From: Patescibacteria group bacterium
GTDB taxonomy: Bacteria; Patescibacteriota; Patescibacteriia; PEXW01
Direction of reading: 5' to 3'
Assembly (NCBI GenBank): GCA_041665345.1
Contig: JBAYJA010000001.1
Coordinates: forward strand, 201,206 to 265,205
Length of the DNA stretch: 64,000 nucleotides
The position numbers and the translations under genes are program-made. Below are positions 57,029-64,000 of the stretch, one piece after another (positions within the stretch are counted from its first letter, which is position 1; the number at the start of each line of letters is the position of its first letter). The notes below the pieces were generated by a model. That model worked only from the letters and a program-made list of their open reading frames with translations. It was not told the origin of the DNA and did no database searches.

Positions 57029-57982
57029 ATGATACTGTTCATACTTTTCATTCTCGCCCTAGGGATTGGGGCGGTCTTCTATATTAAGTATCGGAAACGT
57101 GAAATTCCCATCGGCAATGTCGGCGTCCTTACATTCATGAAAGGAAGGACACGTCGGATTTTCGGTGAAGGGATTGTTTTCGTTCCTCCCTTCTGTGAGG
57201 TGGAGGTTGTCTCCGTTATGGTACGGAGTCTTCCGCTCACCACGGAGGATACGGCCACCCACGATGGCTTCAGGGTTGTGATAACGGAACCTATGGTGAT
57301 GTTTGAACTTCTGCAAGCGGCTGATGATTCGAATAAGACCATGACGCGACTACGATTGAACACTCGCATTTGGCGAAGATTCATCCCGTACCAAATGGAT
57401 GATCAACTGGCGTTGTTTCTCAATATTCGTGGTGAATTAGAGAGGCAAATCCAGGTTCGAGCGCTGACAACTATCAGCACGTTTACGGCAATGACCGATC
57501 ATGATAAACTTCTTGGTTTTCATGTCGTAAAGCTTGTCAAACAGCTCATGTCAGATGGTGATCTTGAAATGGCAAAGGCTTCGCCCGAAGAGGTGCTGAA
57601 GACACGTGACGCGCTCATGAAAACCGTAACACAGGAGCTGACGACCGAGTTTAGCCCCTACGGTGTTACCAACATCCGTTTTGCGTATCGTGACCTCGAT
57701 CCGTCCGGTAAGCTGAAGGAGCTTATGGATGAAATGGAAGGCAAGTTGCAGGAGATGCAACGCGAGCAGATTGCCACAACGATTGAAGTAAATCGTGCCT
57801 TGGTCATTGCAAATGCGGTTGTGAAGTTCAAGAAAGAAAATCCTGAAGCTAATCTGGAGGAAATCTATCAGATGATGCGGGAACAGGATAACTTTCAAAT
57901 CGCTGCAGAAAAAGGAACAGTAGAAGCAATTGGCCAAATGGCATTACGGATGTTTGCCAAGAATGCAAAAGCCGTCGCCTAA
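57029..57982 (+). CDS. SPFH/band 7 domain-like membrane protein
   Basis: N-terminal TM, GNVGVL..G.....EG..F.PPF, T.DG, YGV....RDLDP, coiled-coil tail; own promoter and terminator. Confidence 0.65.
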   Translation: MILFILFILALGIGAVFYIKYRKREIPIGNVGVLTFMKGRTRRIFGEGIVFVPPFCEVEVVSVMVRSLPLTTEDTATHDGFRVVITEPMVMFELLQAADDSNKTMTRLRLNTRIWRRFIPYQMDDQLALFLNIRGELERQIQVRALTTISTFTAMTDHDKLLGFHVVKLVKQLMSDGDLEMAKASPEEVLKTRDALMKTVTQELTTEFSPYGVTNIRFAYRDLDPSGKLKELMDEMEGKLQEMQREQIATTIEVNRALVIANAVVKFKKENPEANLEEIYQMMREQDNFQIAAEKGTVEAIGQMALRMFAKNAKAVA

Positions 57983-58029
57983 TGTTCATTCGATAGTAGA
58001 AAGCCCACTGGCGACAGTGGGCTTTTTTT

Positions 58030-58291
58030 GTCATCCTGAATCATATGAAGGATCCCCAGACAATGGATGAACCTCGGAGATTCTTCGTCGGACTCAGAAT
58101 GACAGAGGGGAGGCAAGGGTGTGGATGCTTGTTAGGGTGTACGGCATGGAAGGAGGGCATCCTGCATGCTTCCATCAAACCTAAGACTTCTAACCTAACA
58201 AGCCTCTATACCTCCACCCCCCCATCCTCATTTCCGGCGAACCGGGATCCCGCTCCGCGGGGCGTATCTCTTTTCCCTCCGTAATTCGTAA
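58030..58291. repeat. Stacked repeats: TGTCATCCTGA...TCAGAATGACA palindrome plus composite repeat copy 2
   Basis: 58030-58104 inverted repeat; 58108-58223 homologous to 8678-8795; TTCGTAA tract at end. Confidence 0.75.
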
Positions 58292-58422
58292 GGTTGACAA
58301 AATGACCAATACATGCTAGTATACGCTGTTATGCCAAGGCTCCCCCTGGTATAGCTCCACAGCAATGTGGACGTTCGTTGAAAAGTAAATAATGAACATA
58401 GAGCTAAACACAGGAGGAAGCC

Positions 58423-59418
58423 ATGGCATATGGCAACAAAAATCGTGGTGGTGGCGGTGGAGATAACCGCACGCCAAAACTCTCTTATCGAAAGACGTGG
58501 GTATTAACAAAAGGGATTCTTACCCTTACGTTGATGTTCACCACGTCAAAACCAGTGAACGGTAAGCTCGCTGGCACAGTTTTTGGGCAGGAAATTGATA
58601 CTGAGTTGAATGACGGGAAAGCCCGCGTTGAAATTCAGAACATCAATCCAATGGACGGGAAAAGTCAGTTGGAAGTAACCGCAGAAACGGATCAAGACGG
58701 CGTCCTCACGCTCTCCGAGGAGATTGTCATCTCCCAGCCTACGAATTCATATAATATCGATCTGGGTATTACTGAATATGAGGTGGAGAAAGCGGGTCAG
58801 CCGAACGAGCTTCGGTTTCTATTGAGTGTACAGGTGTCGCGAGCAAACGGATTGCCATACAGCAATCTGGTGGGCCTGCAGATTACTTGTCTCAACGAAA
58901 CCAAAACCATCATCGTTAACGCAAGTGGAATTGGTGAAGCTGATTTTGGTCCAGGTGAGTATGGGAAGGAATATGAGGTGACGCTTTCTACTCCGGATTA
59001 CGGGAGTTTGAAGCGTGTCATTGCATTATCAGTCCCCACTATTGCCTTTACGGTTGCGGATGCTTTGGAAGACAGAGGTGTGAATAATCAGCCGATTGTT
59101 CCCACAACGTTCCGTGCAACGGTGAGTACGTTTGACGAGGAGAAGCACACAAACCCTGTAATACGGGTTTCAATTCAAGTCGGCACAACATTTTTTTCAA
59201 CGCTCACCGAGCCGGATGGTCGGGCAACGTTCATGAATCTCCCGCTCACCGCAGGTGAAAAGGAGACGAAGTACATCGTGTGGGTTCCTGGTGACGTTCA
59301 TAAGAACTGCACCATCGTTCATGCTGATAAGACAGCAACCCCCGCTGCACAACCCAAAGACAAGTCTTTCCTCAGAATTTTCAAGGAAACTCTGAAGGAA
59401 ACGGTAGGTAAGAAATGA
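58423..59418 (+). CDS. Hypothetical beta-rich (Ig-like) protein
   Basis: AGGAGG RBS; T..DG.A.F motifs; overlaps next gene start. Confidence 0.75.
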   Translation: MAYGNKNRGGGGGDNRTPKLSYRKTWVLTKGILTLTLMFTTSKPVNGKLAGTVFGQEIDTELNDGKARVEIQNINPMDGKSQLEVTAETDQDGVLTLSEEIVISQPTNSYNIDLGITEYEVEKAGQPNELRFLLSVQVSRANGLPYSNLVGLQITCLNETKTIIVNASGIGEADFGPGEYGKEYEVTLSTPDYGSLKRVIALSVPTIAFTVADALEDRGVNNQPIVPTTFRATVSTFDEEKHTNPVIRVSIQVGTTFFSTLTEPDGRATFMNLPLTAGEKETKYIVWVPGDVHKNCTIVHADKTATPAAQPKDKSFLRIFKETLKETVGKK

Positions 59419-60821
59419 AGAATTATTTTAAATCCCTTCTCGGTATGTTTTCCAAGAAAGCAAAGCCGGGAGTGAAGGACATTGACGCAACTGTCAATGC
59501 CGGTGTAGTGCAGGAAGCAGAAATTGTTGATGTTCAATCAACGCCGACCATTGCGCCGCAAGAGCCTATCGCTCCGGTGGTGCCAACCGAGGCGATTCCT
59601 GCCGCACTGATGGAGCGCATTCAGTCTCTCGAGGAGAATGTTACAGAACAGCAACGTCTCCGGAAAGAGGAAAATGCTCAACGGGAAGAGCGACGACTGC
59701 AACAGGAGGAGCGCAAGCTTCAACTGAAAGCCGAAGCATTGAAGATGAAGCAAGAACAACTTGCGGCCAAGCAGGCGCAGCGTGATCAAGAGCAAGCTCG
59801 GAAGGCTGAGCAAAAAGCCCAACAGCAGACTCTGCAAATTCGTAAGAAGGCAGTGAAGGTACGTGCACTTCGAATTGCACGTATCACCAAGGCAAGTTGG
59901 AAAGCCGAAAAGTCTGAACGCCGGAAGCAATTCTGGACAACTGTTGGCTTTCAAGTTGCTAGGGTTTTTTTCAGCATCTGGAATTTCATTTCCTTCCCAT
60001 TCCGCAAGGGTCGTCCCAAGAAAATTGGGAAGGGTCTGTGGATTACCGTGAAAGTGCTCTGGGCCTTCCCGGTTGCATTTTGGCGGTGGTGGTGCCAGTC
60101 CAATAACCTGCGTGCCCGGGTTGGCATGTGGGTCGCATTAGTGGTAACGGTCTGGTTTATCTGGCACGGAGTGAATCAATTTCAACTACGTGCAGAATAT
60201 CCTTTTACGAATGATATCGTGAAAGAGTTTACGCCAGCGCCGAAGAAGTCAATAATAAAATCCGATAGCTACCCTGATCCCTTTGAATTTTTCGGTCATA
60301 AACGGCCGGCAAAGAAGAAGGCTCCGCAAACCAGAGATAGTGCCTACACTACCTTGTTCGCAAATGCACAAGAGCAGCATGCTAAAGATGAGGAAAGCCT
60401 TGTCATGCAAGCAAGCCTTGATTCACCTCTCTCCCTAGGCATTCGTTACTTAGTGATTTTACCCTTGGTATGGCTTTTAGCGATTCTGTACTGGATTATT
60501 TCTAGGAATGACGAAACGTTGAAGTTCTTTAAAGAACGACTAGAAAGTATCAAAGAGGCTAGGGCACAAAAAAAGCAGGGAGCAATCACGCACGGGAGTG
60601 GGTCGAAAGGGAGGTCTGTGGGTGGTCAACCTGCACGGGTAATTACCGCCTTTACACCAGTGGCCGTTGCCGCAGGTGGTGCAGTTGCTGTACCAGTGGT
60701 TGAAGAGAAGCATGGTAAATTTGAAAGCTTGCTTCTCAAAGCTTTGGCAGCTGAAGAAGTTATTGAGTATTCAATCAAGTTCATTGACTGGTTGATTAAA
60801 CGGAAAGGAAAACAGTCGTGA
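59415..60821 (+). CDS. Hypothetical membrane protein with coiled coil
   Basis: Q/E/K-rich heptad region then several TM segments; ATGA overlap. Confidence 0.75.
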   Translation: MKNYFKSLLGMFSKKAKPGVKDIDATVNAGVVQEAEIVDVQSTPTIAPQEPIAPVVPTEAIPAALMERIQSLEENVTEQQRLRKEENAQREERRLQQEERKLQLKAEALKMKQEQLAAKQAQRDQEQARKAEQKAQQQTLQIRKKAVKVRALRIARITKASWKAEKSERRKQFWTTVGFQVARVFFSIWNFISFPFRKGRPKKIGKGLWITVKVLWAFPVAFWRWWCQSNNLRARVGMWVALVVTVWFIWHGVNQFQLRAEYPFTNDIVKEFTPAPKKSIIKSDSYPDPFEFFGHKRPAKKKAPQTRDSAYTTLFANAQEQHAKDEESLVMQASLDSPLSLGIRYLVILPLVWLLAILYWIISRNDETLKFFKERLESIKEARAQKKQGAITHGSGSKGRSVGGQPARVITAFTPVAVAAGGAVAVPVVEEKHGKFESLLLKALAAEEVIEYSIKFIDWLIKRKGKQS

Positions 60822-61834
60822 AAAAGGTTTTAGTTTATCTCTGGTTTACGCCGTGGTTTATAGTGAGCATGACATTATTGGCAATAGTCGTCACTGCAAG
60901 TATTGGTTTCAATACGAGCGTTGGGATTATCTACCTTTTTGTCTGTGCTTGCCGCTTAGCCTTCATCGGCGGCAAATCAGCTGGCGTCATAGCAATCATC
61001 GTTTCATGCGCAGTTATTGTATTCATGGCAGAAAATGCCGTGAAAGATCGGTCGCAGGACAGCCTGATTGTGCTCTATGCAAAAGTAACAGCCGACTTGC
61101 ATAAGAACAATAAGGAAGCAGCTTCGACATATGTCCCTGGAGCTGCACAGACGAGCCAGTTAATCAGAGGTGTGGAGGAAGTTGAAGCTCTGCACACCGA
61201 GGCACTTGAGGTTGTAGTGGATACCGCAATCGCCTCCCAAGTTGGTCAGACCGGCTTTTCAGGTGGGGTTGAAAATTCTCAATTATTCAAGGCGGCTCAA
61301 ATAGTCAGAAAGAATATTGAGGATTATAAAACAGTACTCCGAGCAGGAGGGTTGTTAAATCCTGAGGTGACTAAGCCGAAGTCAGTTGACCTCACGGTTG
61401 ACTTAACCGATTCGGACGGAAGTACAGTCACCGTACTTCCGGGTGAAAAAATCGAGTTCAGTGTTAAATTCGCACATTACTCGATTATGCCGGTTTTTTT
61501 CACCGATCCGAATGGAACAACACGAACCATGTCGGATAACTATGTCGATGCAAACGGTATGGTCATCGACGATCCGGATGATCGTTTCGTAGCCCCTGCA
61601 CTACCTCGGTACGGCACAATTTACCGAGTGGGCGATGGGCTGTGGAAACCATTAGGCATGGGTGTCACTATTGTTGAAAAAAACGACAGTGGTGCGCCTA
61701 TAGAAGTTACCTTTAGCGTCAACGACATCAAGTCGAGCTTCAATAATTCGCATACCTTTGATGACAACAAAGGAAAACTAATTATTCAGCTCCATGAGTC
61801 AGACATCGTTGAAGGGTATGCTTCAGCCTATTAA
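60818..61834 (+). CDS. Hypothetical membrane protein with C-terminal beta domain
   Basis: 3 N-terminal TMs; ..VND......DN.G motif reminiscent of LecA/PA-IL-like domains; GTGA overlap. Confidence 0.7.
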   Translation: MKKVLVYLWFTPWFIVSMTLLAIVVTASIGFNTSVGIIYLFVCACRLAFIGGKSAGVIAIIVSCAVIVFMAENAVKDRSQDSLIVLYAKVTADLHKNNKEAASTYVPGAAQTSQLIRGVEEVEALHTEALEVVVDTAIASQVGQTGFSGGVENSQLFKAAQIVRKNIEDYKTVLRAGGLLNPEVTKPKSVDLTVDLTDSDGSTVTVLPGEKIEFSVKFAHYSIMPVFFTDPNGTTRTMSDNYVDANGMVIDDPDDRFVAPALPRYGTIYRVGDGLWKPLGMGVTIVEKNDSGAPIEVTFSVNDIKSSFNNSHTFDDNKGKLIIQLHESDIVEGYASAY

Positions 61835-61952
61835 CATCAAATTACATTGAACGTTGAAGAGCCTTTGCAGAAATGCGGGGCTCTTTTCTTTTTCCCGCAG
61901 AAATGCTATACTACTTGTGAAAATAAACCTCCTCACAAGTAACTCTTTTTTT

Positions 61953-64000
61953 ATGGTCCAGACCCTTCGTCGAACCATTCTTACCCTCGTCACACTCAGC
62001 GTGGGCTTTTTTCTTATCCCCGCTGCGGTGCACGCAGCGTATGGTGATACGTCCACGTTCCTGGGCAAAGTCTACAGCGGTGATGGTGGCACACGTACCC
62101 AAGCTTTGCTGGATTTCCCTGAGGACGTAGAAATTGCCGCAGATGGTACGTTCTACATTGCCGATACCTACAACAACGTCATTCGGCGGGTAACCCCAGC
62201 GGGTGTGGTTTCCACGTACGCGGGAACCGGGGAGTATGGTATGGGTGATGGCGCAGCGAACAAAGCGCTGTTCGCGTTGCCGCGCGGGTTGGCCCGAGAC
62301 AGCGCGGGGAATGTGTACGTGGCAGATTCGGCGAACAATCGTGTCCGGAAAATTTCTGCAGCTGGAGTAGTAACTACAATTGCTAGTGGGTTGAAGAACC
62401 CGCAGGGCGTGCTCGTCAGTGGCAGCACGGTGTTCATTGCGGACACGGATGGGAACATCATCCGGAGAGTATCAACGACCGGTGGAAAAGTCACAACTGT
62501 CTCAACTCAGGTGAAGCGACCCAAGAAACTTGCGCTCAGCGCAGATGGTTTGTATTTGTACGTTGCAGATAGTGGCAGTTTCCGGGTGCTGCAAGTGCGG
62601 ATTAGTACCGGGGTGGCCACGGTGGTCGCGGGCTCGGGTGCGGCTGGGTATGCAGAAGGTGTGGGTGCTGAAGCACGGTTCCGGAATGTATACGGCGTGA
62701 CGCGCGATGGAAATACGTTGTACGTCAGTGATGGAAACGGCCTCACGGATTACGTTCGGGCTATTGATCTGACGACCAAGCAGACGTCGCTCTTTGCCAC
62801 AGACTTCCGCATGCAAGATCTGAACTTCCCGGCTGGGTTGCGTGCCTACGGCGCAAATGTGTATGTGGCGAACTCTGGCATTGGGACCATCCACCGGTAC
62901 AGCAAGACCACCCCCACTGACGAAGAGGCATACATTGGGTCAGTACGTTTTGGGAATACCAACGGAGCACAGGCAGATGTGCTGCTGGGCCGGCCTGCTG
63001 CTTTTGCTATAACGGCAGATGGGGCAGTGATGTACGCCGCAGTGAACAATCACATTCGCAAAATTATTTTGGCCACTGGTGAAACTTCCACCATCATCGG
63101 TGATATCGTTGATGACTACGGTGAAGGACCGGCCGACCAGGTGAGTCCACGAACCCGGTTCAGTACCATTGCATCGCTCGCTTTGAGTCCGGACGAAACC
63201 AAGCTCTACCTCACGGATCGGTGGAATAACCGGATTCGGCAGGTCACCTTGGCTGGCACGCCAACTTCCGCCTTGGTGAGTGGTGCGGGGTATATTAATT
63301 CTAGTGGCAGCACAAATAATGGCTACCAGGACGGTATAGCATGTGCAACGGAAACTTTGGCGCAGGCCGGGTGTGCGTACTTCCGCGCACCGCAGGGCAT
63401 TGCAGTTTCACCTGATGGAACCACGCTGTACGTCTCGGATACGGGGAACCATCGCATTCGTACGGTGCGGATAAGTGACGGGCAGACTGCACTTCTTGCT
63501 GGGTCAGGCGTGGCTGGCTTTAAGGATGGTACCGGCGCTGCGGCGCAGTTCAACATTCCCACGCGCATTGCCCTCAGCCCAGATGGAGCAACCTTGTACG
63601 TCGCAGAGCAGGGGAATCATCGCGTCCGTGCGGTTGCGGTTGCAACCGGGGTCGTGAGTACGCTGGCAGGCGCTCGCCAAGGTTTTGCTGAAGGGATTGG
63701 CGCGGTTGCATCTTTCTCCGTACCGGTTGGTATTGCCGTGGGGCCTTCAGGTGAGGTGTACGTCACTGCAGACCGGATTATGGTCATTCAACCCAAGACC
63801 AGACTCGTGACGCTTGTATCTGGCTCTGGTATTCGCGGGTTGCGGAATGGTGTTCGATTGGGCACACGTTTCAATAGTTTGGCTGGGATTGCGGTCAGCC
63901 CCGATGGCAAGAAACTGTACGTCGCAGACAGTTGGAATGACCTAATTCGAACCGTAGACATTGTAGGTGGACCCAAGTTCAGCCAAGCTGCGCCAACCTT
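61953..64000 (+). CDS. Secreted NHL-repeat (beta-propeller) protein, partial
   Basis: Signal peptide MVQTLRR..AVHA; repeats P.G.A....G.LY(V/I)AD..N..IR; runs off window end. Confidence 0.9.
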   Translation, partial: MVQTLRRTILTLVTLSVGFFLIPAAVHAAYGDTSTFLGKVYSGDGGTRTQALLDFPEDVEIAADGTFYIADTYNNVIRRVTPAGVVSTYAGTGEYGMGDGAANKALFALPRGLARDSAGNVYVADSANNRVRKISAAGVVTTIASGLKNPQGVLVSGSTVFIADTDGNIIRRVSTTGGKVTTVSTQVKRPKKLALSADGLYLYVADSGSFRVLQVRISTGVATVVAGSGAAGYAEGVGAEARFRNVYGVTRDGNTLYVSDGNGLTDYVRAIDLTTKQTSLFATDFRMQDLNFPAGLRAYGANVYVANSGIGTIHRYSKTTPTDEEAYIGSVRFGNTNGAQADVLLGRPAAFAITADGAVMYAAVNNHIRKIILATGETSTIIGDIVDDYGEGPADQVSPRTRFSTIASLALSPDETKLYLTDRWNNRIRQVTLAGTPTSALVSGAGYINSSGSTNNGYQDGIACATETLAQAGCAYFRAPQGIAVSPDGTTLYVSDTGNHRIRTVRISDGQTALLAGSGVAGFKDGTGAAAQFNIPTRIALSPDGATLYVAEQGNHRVRAVAVATGVVSTLAGARQGFAEGIGAVASFSVPVGIAVGPSGEVYVTADRIMVIQPKTRLVTLVSGSGIRGLRNGVRLGTRFNSLAGIAVSPDGKKLYVADSWNDLIRTVDIVGGPKFSQAAPT

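Overview
Bacterial chromosomal window (standard code 11, leaderless/weak-SD starts, N/T-rich surface proteins, VirB2-like pilin fusion) most consistent with a Patescibacteria/CPR (Parcubacteria-type) genome; taxonomy is inference. Core genes: parA-parB, topA, dprA, mfd, pth, der, LCP protein, lepB, hisS, HIT, rpsU, yqeY, ybeY, dgkA, ftsA, ftsZ, nrdR-nrdJ, pgpA, cobO, htrA-like, prfB (programmed +1 frameshift), glmS, split comEC; four tRNAs (Leu-CAA, CAT x2, Val-CAC); a 2.35 kaa pilin-headed surface protein. Most notable: (i) a ~10.5 kb array (37.1-47.5 kb) of one- or two-gene modules, each with its own sigma70 promoter placed just after a repeated terminator hairpin; (ii) tRNA half-copies carrying inserted palindromes that bracket tRNA-fMet plus a GIY-YIG gene, split exactly at anticodon-loop position 37/38, with a similar decayed copy at tRNA-Val; (iii) two unannotated promoter-driven structured RNA candidates (4.26-4.77 kb, 12.44-12.63 kb) and a structured nrdR leader; (iv) a dispersed B12 salvage/use set (cobalamin riboswitch with a repeat inserted in it, DUF4430 + S-component-like genes, CobO, class II RNR); (v) an EF-hand loop inserted in Pth. 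Several families of palindromic REP-like repeats are scattered throughout.
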